A DNA stretch of 63,822 nucleotides, filler included, from Octopus bimaculoides (lineage: Eukaryota), in the NCBI RefSeq assembly GCF_001194135.2. It is 7 parts of 6 records of this genome, joined end to end, with 100 filler letters (N's around TTAATTAATTAA, not from the genome) between each part and the next. Parts side by side here need not be neighbours in the genome. Positions count along the whole stretch, not along the records: positions 36,440 to 46,404 come from NC_068983.1; positions 46,505 to 56,210 come from NC_068983.1; 5 more parts are not named here. One strand, given 5' to 3'. The notes under the pieces are model-generated. The model had not been told where the DNA came from, did not search any database, and saw only the letters and a program-made list of their open reading frames with translations. Below, piece after piece: positions 38,102-51,200 of this stretch. The position numbers and the translations under genes are program-made. Each line of letters begins with the position of its first letter. Position 1 is the first letter of the stretch.

Positions 38102-38420
38102 TGAAATTAATATTATTTGGGGTTTAAAAACCTTATCCCTATAACTAAAACACAAAAGTACTGCTGTGATCATTTCTAAAAATAAACATTGAAAAAATGT
38201 TTGGCATCATCTCTAAAAATAGTCAAACAACTACCACTGCTGCCCACAGGAATGTATATAAAAGACAATAGACAGCCAGTCAGCTACAGTTGAAACATTC
38301 TTGTCACATGGGAACTTGAAGACAGCTTGAAAGCAAGTAAGTATACCACAATGGCTATAGTCATTGTTATTTGTAGTAGTATAGTTAAGTAAACCTTTGG
38401 GAGGAAGAGCATTATATTAG

Positions 38421-38462
38421 CGAAATTAAAGTTTCAAGTGTGTATGCGAATTCTTCAGAGAG
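38421..38462 (-). ncRNA. Weak hammerhead-like core downstream of a PLE ORF
   Basis: Minus CTGAAGA...GAAAC with intact core bases ~100 nt after the ORF stop, where pLTR hammerheads sit; helices pair poorly. Confidence 0.25.
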
Positions 38463-38566
38463 AAGCACATCTTAATGTCAAACAGTTATTGATGTTATAT
38501 AATATATTTTATTATATTATATCATATAATGTAGTTATACTATTCCATGATTTAATTGTATATATA

Positions 38567-39613
38567 TTAATTTCTTGAATTTAAAGAACACAAATTCTCC
38601 TTCAAGAATAAAATATTCTTCTCTTTTTGTAAGTTAAATAGGGCTTTTCAGAGATAAATGTTTTGAAGGCTTTTCGATGCATAAACTGCATTTCTTCTTA
38701 TTAAATATATAAGCTGTTGCAGAAGCAAGAATATCCTATTTAATTTTAAATTTCATGTTATTATCCTTCAATTCATATATAAATTCGCTTAATCCGGTTG
38801 AGTTGATTTTCTTTTTATTTTCAAATGTTGGAAATGGTTAGCCACGCGGGTCTTTACTTTATTTTTGGTGAAGCCAATATATTTTCCCTCAGAGCTTCAA
38901 CTGTGTATTTCTTCTGTTACATGAACTGTTACGATTAAAATTAGTTTTAACTTTGCAGTTACATATTTCATTAACGTTTTTATGTGTTTAACTTTTAGAA
39001 AAAATTATATTTAGGGAGTAATACGGGTAATTTCTCTTCCGTTATTGTTAGAGTTGATGGAGTTTGGAAGATTTAGTTTAAGTTTAAGTATTTCTATTGA
39101 TGTAGAAGTTATTTAATTTTCTGTGTATAGTTGACGATATAATTGTAAATAAGTTAGGAGAGTTTTGTAGTTTATAATTTCATTATATATATTATCAATG
39201 TTGAAATGTTTATAAATGGCCTTAAATGTGGATTTAATAATGTTATCTTTAATTTGAATTGCATATGGATTAATTAACCAAATCTTATCACACTTTTCAG
39301 CGTGATTATTAATTGTAGGTATTTTGTAATCTCTTTTAGAATTATTGGAGCTGATAGAATGGGTATGTTGTGTAATATTGTTATTTAGAGTATTATATGG
39401 TTTTGCAGTAGTGCTGGTATTTGAGGTAGTAACTTGATTATTCATATAATGTTTATTGACTGTACATTCATCATTATGGGGGTAATTGTTAATTGTTTTT
39501 TTTTTTTTATTAATCACTCGTTTACAAGATAATTTAATATTACTTTTTCTTATATTGTGTTTGCTATTATGAGAACGCCGGCAGACTTCAGTGTGACGAG
39601 TTGAATATTTCAC
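38567..39613 (-). mobile_element. Penelope/Poseidon-type PLE remnant (thumb/linker and GIY-YIG)
   Basis: IWLINPYAIQIKDNIIKSTFKAIYKHFNIDNIYNEIINYKT resembles IWFNPPYS..V.TNI.K.FL.LI.KHF..HKIFN.NT; downstream frameshifted KYIGFTKNKVKTRVANHF...NSTGLSEFIYELKDNNMKFKIK. Confidence 0.8.
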
Positions 39614-41489
39614 TTGGTAAAACTTGCTGAGGAGACCATATAACTGTGTTTGTATGTCTAAATTCTTTACCCGTTCGCCCGCCTACTGTTGTTTTCGGTT
39701 GTATTTTTCAGTGTTTATGGCGGTTTATCTGGTAACTTCGCTTTCTAGCACGTAGGCGCCTCGTGTGTCATTATGCCCTGGGGCGATACAATTAACACCC
39801 AGCGATAGATTAGCGGCATTCTGGAAGCTGTACTGCTTCCATAGGCGAATGATCCCTACAAGGCTCACCATGGAGCCTCCCAGGGGAGAATTTTACATTT
39901 CAGGTGTTGACAGGATAGATTTTAAAGAAAGAAGGATTTTGTGGAGAGCTAAGTGTGTTAGGAAGAGGAGTTAGGGTTTTTTAGATAAAGTGTAGTGGGA
40001 AAATAGATTTCATGTTTAGGGTTAATAATGAAGTTAGTGATAGTATTAGAGGTGGAAATGTGGAATATAGGTGTATGGTGATTTTGGTAGTATATACAAT
40101 TCTCCAATATAAAAATTCCTACCCCTGAAAACGGAAGCAATGTTATCCGATGATGGATCCAAATAACTATCATTTTTCCGGACCACCAAAACGCGCCCAA
40201 ACCAGACGGTGGACTTATAAAACTCTACCCATTTAACTCCTGATAGCATTTATATTCTGTAAATCGAACAATTTTGTATCAATGCGCATGTACATTTTTT
40301 CTATTAGATATATTTAATATTCTGTGTATATCGACTTGTCTAACTTGCTTCCCATTACCTTTAATTATCTACCGGCTTAAGTTCAAAGGAACACTTCGAC
40401 GTGATACTACTTAGGGAACACATGTCTCTCTAACCTATAAACTATACATGCATACATGCATACATTTAAAGATGTTAATTGACTTGACCGGTTTCAATTT
40501 TTTAAAGAAGATTTTCAAAAGTAAAGTTTAAGGCTTTGTGTAGCTTTTGTTATGTTAAAAATAGTTATCATTGAAGTATTAAAATACTGTGATACAGTTT
40601 TTGACAATAATAAGAAAATGTAAAGAGGGTTTTTTTTTTGTTCAAACAGTTTACATAAAAATGCTCAAAATATCATGATTGTATAGAAGCATATATACAG
40701 AAACAATTTGTAGATAGTATTTGATAGGAGAAAGCTTGTATTGTTTAGTCAAAACTTCATCAGAATATGCAGTTTAACATAGACTCAGAGATTATTCTAT
40801 TGGGCTGCTCTCCGTTATTGTTCTTCGTGCATAGATTGTTAATGCTGCCACTCGTTTGATCGTCTACGGCTTCAATCTCAGACGCACCAGTCCTGTTATT
40901 GTCACTACTGACGCTGTTGGTGTAGTTGTTATTTTTATCCCTGTGCTTTTTCTTGTCGCAGTTGATGTTGTGACTTTTGTTGCTGTGAATATTGATACAT
41001 CTGGTGATGTTTTTGTCGTTGTGGTTGTTGTTACGTTGTTACTGCCTTCATCTCTGTTGGTGCTGTTGTCGTCACCGTGGTTTATGAGGTCGCTGCGATA
41101 GTTATTGTTAACACCAGTTGTGATTTCGACCAGACCTCTCTAATTTTTTTCTTAAATTATTTTAAGCTCTTATATCCACGAAACTTTTAAGCAATTATAT
41201 CCGTGATCTATAAAGAAAAAGATTATACCAAATATAATATATACAATGTAAACCTCTTTGTACTCTACTATTTCATTGCATTGTCTATTGTTTTCCAATA
41301 TTTTCCCATCCTTATTGTATCTAATCACTATCTGTTCTACTACTAGCGATATCACTCAGATATACTAAACTCCAAGCATGTTTCCCTAAGAAACACCAAC
41401 ATATTAGACACACACAGTCACGCACATGCGTGTGCGTGTGTGTATGTGTGTGCATGTGTGTGTGTATGTGTGTGTGTGTGTGTGTATGG

Positions 41490-41990
41490 CGGAATTAAGG
41501 ATTGGTATCACTAACGATGTAGATTATAAAATTTATTTACGGGAGATCTGCACGGTGGAGTTGCTCTACTGTCCAATGGGGATTGTTTCTTGTCCCAGCA
41601 ACATTGTTGAAATAGACAAAACTCTATTTTCGAGCAGAAAATACAACTGGAGTTCAAATACCACCAGAACAGTAGGTTTCCGTCAGTGTCTGTCGATAAA
41701 CGCGAGGCTTATTTTCTTTTTTCCGTACTCTTTCAAGATCATAATAGACTCGCAGACAATAAATGCTGCCGAGGACTGTGGTGCATATACTTGCATATTT
41801 CAATGATGCCTGGGTACCAACTTCAGGAAAAGATGGTGGGACACAGCCTTGAATTTGTAAATTTGCTAAACTGAACTCAAATTCAACAAGTAGAAAATAC
41901 TGTATAAAGCTGGAGAATAAACAGCACCATGACACTCACAGTTCTAGAATGGACTCGAATCTACGAGCTTACGTATCGCTGCAGGTACGA
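41490..41990 (+). mobile_element. Merlin (IS1595/ISXO2-like DDE) transposase relic
   Basis: PSNIVEIDKTLFSSRKYN, then frameshifted ..VGHSLEFVN..QQVENT..DSNLRAY, matching VEIDES.F..RKYNRG / VNHS..FV.P / HTQ.IE / DSYL.EF. Confidence 0.75.
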
Positions 41991-42382
41991 AAGCTGGGAT
42001 TTCATCGAAAAAAATCTGTTTTATTTCATCTTTTCCTAATGAAGTCCATATGCTTGCGTTCCATTGTCACTATTATCTCCAGCGAGTCCAAAGTGAGACT
42101 TGAGACTATGGCAATCAATTATACTATTACTCTAATTGTATATAAATATAAATCTGCAAGTGGTTGAAAGAAATCCGTGCCACCAAACAATTTCCACATC
42201 AGCTTGCAATGACAGGCATATTTCATTGGCTAATATTACGTAAATGTACATGCACCTAACTTCTTTACTATTCATCTTCCAAAGAAAGATGAATGCAATT
42301 TTCTTCACCAGCATACAAAAGCAAATCAGTATGGAAAATTACAAATTGGCTGAAAAATCGTGGAAATTAATACGTGCACGCG

Positions 42383-42441
<59 letters not shown>

Positions 42442-42561
42442 ACACATTCATACAAACAAACACTTACATATATATACATATATAAATATGCATATAAATG
42501 CATATCTATGTCTCTCACTCTGACTCATTCTCCATATGTATATACATATATACACACACAC

Positions 42562-42593
<32 letters not shown>

Positions 42594-42959
42594 CTTCATG
42601 TGACTATTTGTATGCATACACATAGTCACATGAACTTTTTGTGTTCATAAAGTATCTCTAGAACCACTAGTACTGAGAATGCTTCTACATTCATCTCCGA
42701 ATGCGGGACTCAGTACCTCATCGAGCGCTGAACCAGCGTTGTATGGGTTAGGCCGCTTCAATTGTGTATATATTGTGTATATGTATATACAGAGCGATAG
42801 CCTTAGATATATATACATAGATAAATATATATTGTACTCGTTCATATATATAGGCGCATATGTATATATATGCGCATGCGTGTATGTATGTATCTATGTG
42901 CGTATGTATATATTCTTTAGTAGTTTTAGCTCGTGATGATGCCAGTGCACCGTTGTTGA

Positions 42960-43230
42960 CTTTCCTAAATTTTCACTACTTGACACCTCCTCTGCTATGT
43001 GGCATTTGGTGAATGTGGGTATGTGATATCACCGCCAGCGTCTGCATTTCTTGCTGTACCATAGGTACATCCGAAACTCTTGACAGGGCGAGATCCAATT
43101 TTGTATTGAAAGTGCCTACATTTTGGTTTCTAATGCTTATTGAGTGGAATTTGAAGAGCTATGTGCTCTTGAAATACAAGTAGTCTCACTATCTGGTGCC
43201 GGTTGCGAAATGAGGGAGTTAAGATACATT
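42960..43230 (-). mobile_element. CR1-type LINE 3' end remnant
   Basis: LFKFHSISIRNQNVGTFNTKLDLALSRVSDVP resembles the CR1 C-terminus LFN.LP..LR....V..FK.KLD.FL..VPDEP. Confidence 0.55.
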
Positions 43231-45442
43231 CAATAATCTTTGTGTGAAAAATTGTAAATGACGGTTTTAAATTGTTATTCACCGGAAGGAAAAAGATTTT
43301 CTACGTGATATAGTTTTTGTGCTCATCAAAAACATAAACACGCCTGAAACAGCTGTAATGAATCTCTGCTCATTGTATTATATATATGTACACACACAGA
43401 CGCATGTCATCTCACACAGAGTTAATTATGTAACCGTAAAATATATTTAACCAAACTGATGTGTGTTTTCACAAATGAGTATATATGTGTACAAGTTGCT
43501 TTAGGCATTATGTGTTGCACCAGTGGCTATGTTACATATTGACATTAACTTTATCCAGCAGTTACGCTTGTACGTTGCATACATGCGAATATACATAGTT
43601 TACATGCATAAATACATGGATAAAATATATACACGCAAGCTCATGATCTCACGTGTCTGCATTTATATAAATTACAAAGTGTATCTGCTGATTGATGTAA
43701 CTGCTACAGTGTGTGTGTGTATATGATTTTGTACATCCGAATAAGATCGCATGATACCGAATAAGTCTGCTGGCACTTCTTACTTCTGTGAATATATCAT
43801 TATATTATAAGAGATATCCCATTTGTCTCGACAAAATCGCAATTTATAATTTATTTATCATTCTCTGCAATCTTTTCTAAGTTAAATCTCTCAATCAGTC
43901 TTAAGTATCTGTCACAATTCGTGAGAATTTGATTGAGTGCGTTTGTTTACTTCGTTTTACTGGCGATTCTATAGACATTTGTGATAATTGTTTGGTTGAG
44001 GCAAAGGAAAATAGCACTGATAAAAATCAATTATTATTCCTTCCGTATTCCGATATATTGCCACATATACAAACATCCGCAACTTACTGCAAAATACACT
44101 GTAAATAATATAAATGCACTAAATATCTCCGCGAATATTACTAAGACCAATAAAATGTTAGTCTGGTTGAAATCATAGTTTTTCTCTTGTATAGAATTAT
44201 CTTGTATTTTTTCTGAAAGTTTCCTGTATCGTGCAATTTTCACCTATTATCGCTTTTACGTTGCGCAAATCTAACTAATTTTTGATCGTCTCATTTTTCT
44301 AACTAACGGCCTTTTTCACAATTGGTACGCTAAAATAAATCCGACATCTAAAAATATTACCGTGTTTCGAAAACCATCTGGGGTCCTTTTCTGTATCTCT
44401 GTATCACCTATTTACAGATTTCAAGTTTGTTTTCTGATATATATTGATGACCTAAATACGGTAGAAGAACGATACAATTTCCTTCGGAAATTCCCTTTCC
44501 CAGAGATGGCAAAAAAAAAAAAATAGCGCACAACATCCAAGTGACAAATGTGATTATGTGCAGCTTCAGTTTAGAGGGTTTAACACTTTAGAATATAGAA
44601 GTATTTCTCAAGTATCACTTCTCAGTATACATGTAAGCACAACAGCAAGACATCAAAGAACATAGTTAGAAAAGAGGAAGGTTTCGTTTTTGCATTTTCA
44701 TCTTTATCAGCTTGTAAAAGTTAAGCCAGTCGTCTTTCCCTTTTAAAGTAACCTTTAGTAAATGATAACATGGCTTATGCTTCCAGGAGTGATAGCTGTT
44801 TGTATAAGTGTAAAATCTGCTCTGGTCCTCAAAATCAACAGCGTATTTATAATACATATATATTATATCCATTGTCTATCTTTAAGAGGCCCAGTGTAAG
44901 TCTTTTCATCAAGAGTCTTCGAACAGTTTTATATAGCTGAATGCCACTTAATTGCAACTATCATACTTACGTACCTTACATGTTTGATGAGGAAAAGCTC
45001 AGTATATGTCTCTCGTCTTCAGAATGGACATAGTAGATAGTTATGTCTGGGAGTGATAATTTATGAAAGAAATATAAGCGATCGTGTTGACTTGGCCTGA
45101 CTACTTTTCATCAAACTGCTTTAAATTCTGAGTGGACCTGATGCAATATATCAACAGTAATGTCCTATGCAGCATATTTCCTTCCAATATTACAATTTTC
45201 CTGCATAAATAACCTCCAAGATGCTGACATAAGTATGTGGGTGTAAACAACAAGCGTGATTGAGTATATACATATAGGCGAATGCACGGATTGGTGCGCT
45301 TACGCGAACACTATAGAGTTTTCTACTCCTTTATCTTTACTCCCTCCTCTTACTTAGCGGTCTTAGCTCTTTTGTATTAATAACGGTCAACGACACAGTA
45401 ATGTCCCTTTGTTTAATGGTCATTTTTCACAGGAATTTTCAA

Positions 45443-45516
45443 TGGCCAGATAACTGAAGAGATGGTGGCATGGGTTCCCACCCCGGCATCCGAAACTCCG
45501 AGTTTTATCATGGCTA
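45443..45516 (+). ncRNA. Type I hammerhead ribozyme candidate (near-complete)
   Basis: Helix I GCCAGATAA (45445-53) pairs with TTATC-a-TGGC (45505-14); core CTGAAGA 45454-60; helix II GATG/CATC with inner GGTGG/CCACC; GAAA 45492-95; helix III ACTC-c-GAGT; GUU triplet, predicted cut after 45504. Confidence 0.7.
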
Positions 45517-46174
45517 CCGAATAAGTGTCGCATATTTTTACAGATAAATTCCTCTATTTACATAATATCGAGGTCTCTTTCTTTCATGTGTTGTCCTTTC
45601 GATCAATATATATATATATATATATATTCATGTCTATCATGTCGGCGTTTCTCATCGTTTTATTTTGCATAAGATAAATTTAGGAATGTTGATGGGCTAA
45701 TATCATGCCAAAAGCTTGACGGGTGACTGTCATGTTGTGCATTTCTTAAAATAGAATTTATGCTTGCAATGTCAAAACGATATTTGATTTTATCTATGTT
45801 ACCATCATGTCAACCGGACTGCTTATAGTGTAGTGGTGTAGCGATGTATATGTATGTTTGAATATATTAAAGTAACTTTGTCTCAGATGAAATTGGTAGA
45901 TGGCTGTCAAAAAACATCCTCGTATTAATGCATTGAATATATACATTCATCATATGGTCTGACGTGAGCACCATCTGGAACTCCGTATGTTATTGTTTTG
46001 GGGAGCATACTGCAGGTTTGTAGCAACAAGTATTGAACACAGTATAAGTAGCAATTTACTTACCACCAAACATCGACGATATATGGTAAATAATAAATCA
46101 ATAGTCGTAAGATTTACTACAACAGCACCTTAGGACTGTTTTAGAATGAGATTTCAAAGAATCTATTCTGTTGT

Positions 46175-46404
46175 GGGGCCCTGATCAATTTAGATCAATC
46201 GAAAGCTTTCGATAGGGTAGACCATCAATACTTGGAGGCTGTCCTCATAGCAGCCGGCTTCGGTCCCATTTTCCGCGGCTGGATGGCTGCCTTGTACAGG
46301 GGCATCCGTTCGGTAGTTCGCGTCAATGGGCATCTATCAAGACCCTTCGACATTGCACGTTCGGTCCGTCAGGGATGCCCCCTCTCGTCGCTTCTGTACG
46401 TGTT
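46175..46404 (+). mobile_element. L1/Tx1-clade reverse transcriptase fragment (cut by linker)
   Basis: Stop-free GALINLDQSKAFDRVDHQYLEAVLIAAGFGPIFRGWMAALYRGIRSVVRVNGHLSRPFDIARSVRQGCPLSSLLYV; GC-rich. Confidence 0.9.
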
Positions 46405-46504
46405 NNNNNNNNNNNNNNNNNNNNNNNNNNNNNNNNNNNNNNNNNNNNTTAATTAATTAANNNNNNNNNNNNNNNNNNNNNNNNNNNNNNNNNNNNNNNN
46501 NNNN
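46405..46504. other. Artificial scaffold linker N44-TTAATTAATTAA-N44
   Basis: 12-mer at 46449-46460. Confidence 0.95.
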
Positions 46505-46592
46505 TTCCCTTCCTTCCCCCTCCCAAAAAGAAAAGCTCTACATTGTATTTGTCCCATCTTCGTTGAGCCCTGTGTGGCTAATAAAAGAAATG

Positions 46593-46633
<41 letters not shown>

Positions 46634-46674
46634 GTCTGTCTGTCTGTCTGTCTATCTGTCTATCTGTCTGTCTA

Positions 46675-46713
<39 letters not shown>

Positions 46714-47089
46714 CACTACATTTGTGTGTGTACATACTCTTGCGCGTCATGTGTTTTTCTCTGTGTTATGAAATATTGAAAAGAAAGTAATTGTATATAA
46801 TATACACACAAAAACACACGCATATATACACGCAAACAGACGAACACACACGCACACACACACATACACACAAACAAACACCCAAAACACACACACGAAT
46901 ACTGACAAACACGCACACATGTAAATTCACTTTTTACACATAGTTACAAGTGCGTGTGTGTGTGTGTATGGATGGATGTACGCATTTTTGTAGTTTTTGT
47001 TGCTTTTGACGTTGGTTATACTTACTTGCTTTATCAGCGGAACTATTTAAATATTGACCTATAGTATAACGATTTATACGAGAAAATGA

Positions 47090-48110
47090 GACAACGTTAA
47101 GAGTGCAGCACTTCTGTACTTTTTGGGAAAGTTTTAGCCAAGATTATGCTGAGAAAAATGGGCCAGTCAACACCATGAACTTTGCACCATACTCACCGTG
47201 TAACTTCCGCAGGGGCCGAGGTATAGTAGACATATCTTTTATTGCAAAATAGTTCAAGAAGAAATGCAGGGAAGAACACCAGAGTTTGTCCTTTGCATTT
47301 GTGAATCTATCAAAAGCTCTTGATGCAGTCGTCTTTGAACGTCTGTAAGATATTCTCGGGAAGTTTTGGTAGCCCAACCAAATTCACGAACCTTCTACGA
47401 CAGTCTTACGCTTTGATGATGGTCCGAGTTGTTGGAAGACAGGAATCTGATCTTTCGTTGCAATTACAGAAGACAAAATGGTAAAAAGCACAGAAGCCAG
47501 TTCATAACCATGAACTGGCATCTGTACTTTTTACTATTTTCTTCGTTTGTGAGACCATTTTCTTCGTCTGCTGCTCAGAAGGCTGGAAAGAGAAGCGGGA
47601 GTCACAATAAACTTTTCACTCAGGTAAAAGCTTTTTTCAATGTCCGACAGCTGAAAACCATCGCGTAAGCTCAGATATGAACAAATCATCTAACTACAGC
47701 GTGCTGGTAACTGTGCTTTGACTGCTCACTCTCCAGAAACTCTACGTACCGCCATCTCAGTTATTATTCCAACTTATAAAAGAAGGACCTATGAACTAAA
47801 ACCAAGAAATCTCAGTATATCTGTTAACAGCACACTACGCTTGTCGTCTTCTTTACATTTCTTCGTATCTCAGGGACATTTAACCACATCTTCCAATTCA
47901 GATACCTAGGCAACACAATTTCCGATAGTGGTCGAGAAGATTCTAATTTGCCTCAGATGGGCTTCTGTAACCTTTGGAAACTTTAAAAGACAGACTCTCT
48001 TAATAACAATTTCTGCCTTCATAGCAAGTCTGTGTCTACATTCTCCTATTTGTGTACAAGGCGCAGATCACATGGACTCAACACATTGAGATGTTTGAAG
48101 CATTTATACA
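47090..48110 (+). mobile_element. Heavily decayed RTE LINE RT region
   Basis: Across frameshifts: CNFRRGRGIVDISFIAK.FKKKCREEH..FAFVNLSKALDAV, FFNVRQLKT, CALTAHSPETL, FRYLGNTIS. Confidence 0.75.
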
Positions 48111-48289
48111 TCCAGTGACCTTAGGAGATAATTTTAAACTCTTGACGAGGTAGGATTATGAACTCAGAAATTTTCCGTCAATCCAGCATCAACAATATCG
48201 AATATATATTGTATAGACATCAAGTGAGGTAAATCGAATATATAGTGGGTTTTAACTAATTGAAGTAGTCTTGTCAACATTACTAGCTA

Positions 48290-51200
48290 GAGAATTCTTT
48301 TCATCATTTGGGACTGCAAAGTCTATTATCTGGCACTTTCTATTCTCTTTGTCTACTACTACTAAATAAGGCCTTCTAGCTTCTATTACTCTGTCAATCT
48401 GAATGTTAAAGTCACACAACATCTTGTATTTCTTACTTTCTAGTACTTTACTAGGTTCATGTTCATACCATTTATCAGTATGTTCAAATCCTAGCTTTCT
48501 ACATAGCTGCCAGTGGATTACCCTCCCCAGATTATCATGTCTTTTCTTGTATTCTTTCTGTGCCAGTATGCTACATTCATTTATTATGAGTAACGCTTTC
48601 CTCTTCTGATTTGCATAGTCTACATTGGGAATCTTCTTGGCTTTTGGCTATCTTGATTTTTATCTGATTAGTCCTTAATGCTTGATCTTGTGCAGCTACT
48701 AACAAACTTACTGTCTCCCTCTTTAGTTTTCCCTTTTGCAACTATAACCATATCTCACTACTATTTGCTGAAACCATCTTTGGCAATCTACCATGTAACG
48801 CCTTCTCCTGCCTTCTGCAGTCAGATATTTCTGGTTTTTAACTTCGTTTGAGTTTTTGGTTTCCTTATGTCTTGCTGTGACTCCAGCAGCTTTTAATAAA
48901 CTTTCTTCATGGTTACTTACATAGAAGTCAATATCTGCTCTAGCTAATTACACGCAGTCTTCTACTGATATTAGCCCTTTTCCACCTTCCTTTCTAGGTA
49001 GGTATAATCTTGCTACTCCTGCTTTGGGTAGAGTCCTCAAGTCTTATTGAATTCCTTCCTAGTTCTTTTGTCTAACTTTGCTAATTCAGTTTTTGTCCAA
49101 TCTACAAAAGCCTGCTGAGTATCTAAGTCGTGATACTGCCAAAATATTTACAGCCTTCACTAAATTCGGACCATTTAGCTTTGACTTCATTAGCTTCCTC
49201 ACTCTTCAGATGTACTCCTCAATTTTCGTTTTCATTTCTATAGTAGTACTGTCAACTTCTAATACTAAATACTTATAACTCTCTCTTTCTTTTAATGATT
49301 TTAATGTCTGGCCATCTGGTAATTGGATGCCTTCACTGTTGACTATCTGTCCCCTTCTCATAACTAATATTGCACACTTATTTATGCCAAATTCCATGTC
49401 GATATCTTTGCTGAAGAGTCTTAGAGACTGTATTAAGGAATCTATTTCTTTTGCGTTCTTACTTAAAAGCTTCAAATCATCCATGTAGAGCAAATGGTTT
49501 ATTTTCCCCTTACTATTTCTGAACTGATACCCTGCCTTTACCTTCCTTAATATTAAACTGAGGGGGATCAAACATAAGACAAATATCAAAAGGGACAAGT
49601 ACCCCTGGAAAATTCCTCTTTTGATATTAACTTTCCCTAAGAGTATGTCACCTGAGTAGAGACCTACTTTCCATTTCTTCATGCTAAAGCTAATTAATTT
49701 TCTTATGTTGTCTGCTATACTGAATATGCTCAAACATTCACTTATCCATGAGTGTGAGATCATGTCATAGGCTTTCCTATAATCTATCCATTCTACTGAT
49801 AGATTTTCCTTTCTAGCTTTTACTTCATCTAGAATTGCTTTGTCTATATATAATAGATCATGCTTTCCTCTAGCCTTCATCCTACAACCTTTCTGTTCTT
49901 TTGGTAGTAAATTCTGGTTGTCAAGGTGCTCGTAAATGCTTTCTGAAAGCATTTCTGTTAACAGCTTCCACACTAATGGTAAGCAAGTGATTGGTCTATA
50001 GATGCCAGTGGCATTATCCTTGCACTTATCATTTATAATGAGTATGTTCCACCCTCTAGTCATCCAATCTGGTATTATTCTCCATTAAGGCAATCCTGAA
50101 GTTGTTCCTTCAGCCTCCCATGTAAACTACTGAATTTCTTTAGCCAGTACCCTTGAACTAAATATGGTCCTGGGCCCTTCCAATTCGGCATTTTTCCTAA
50201 CACTTTATTCTTTAATGCACTAGCTAATCTTAGACCTGGCTGCTTCTCACTCACCACTTTTTCCCTCACTTTCTTTAACCATACTGAATCTCCATTATGA
50301 TTGACTGGTTTATCCAAAATATTATTTCAGAACTTTCTAGCTTCCTCCACATTAGGTTTCTCATCTTCAGTACTTCGTTCTCCACTATTTATTTGGTTAT
50401 AAAATCTCCTCTGCTCCGTCTCAAATAATCTATTCTGTTGATACTGATCTATTCTTTTCTGATATCTGGAGAGCTTGCCTTCTACTGCTATGATACGCTG
50501 TTTGAGCTCGTCTATTACTGTTCCAAATTCTTTCTCTTTGACTAAGTATCTTTTCTCAAGGGAAGATTTGCATCATGTGTTTCCCAAGTTGTTTGTTTCC
50601 CAGGCTTCTATTCAACTCAGATCTTGTCTTAAAGTCTTCACTTTATTTTGTCATCCCCTTTTCCACATTTGCTCTTTTTTAAATCTTTCCCTGTGAGATA
50701 TCTAATCTTCTGGTGACTACTACACCTCCTGTATAAATCAATAAGTTAGTGTCTTCTATATTTTTAGTATCTATCCTACTGATAACAGAACCTACTTTTC
50801 TAGTCATTCCTTGTAGCTTCCTTCTGTTGGTGCCTTTTAATGCTGGCAAACTTTTTCTTCTTTACTCATTACTTCCTGCAACTCATTTAGAATCTACTGA
50901 TCTTACTCACTTAAATCACTTAAATCGTTGGTGCCAGTTGTCCCTTCCTTATTGGTAGCGCTATTACTATTTCTTCCTTTAGGTTCTTCATTGGTTTGAG
51001 CTGTATCTCTTATGTTGTTGTTTGTCTTTCCCACTGTCTGGTCTTTCTTTTCCAGTTCTCTTGTGATCTCTTCCACCTCCAATTCTGTTATCCACTTTCT
51101 TCTCCTAATAGCATTAGCTTTATCAACTAATCTCTGCTCAGTCACTTTAAACATACACTTCATCCGTTTTCTACATTCCCCTTCTTTTAGGTTCACTTTC

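Noticed and set aside
39626-39670. CTGAGGA-GACCATA...TATGTC-TAAA hammerhead-like hairpin
   Set aside because: GAAA reads TAAA and no helix I or III partner was found for type I or III topology.
40850-41140. Thr/Asn-rich minus-strand frame (~90 codons), mucin-like
   Set aside because: Decayed (ACA/AAC)n low complexity, open in several frames, with a poor acceptor.
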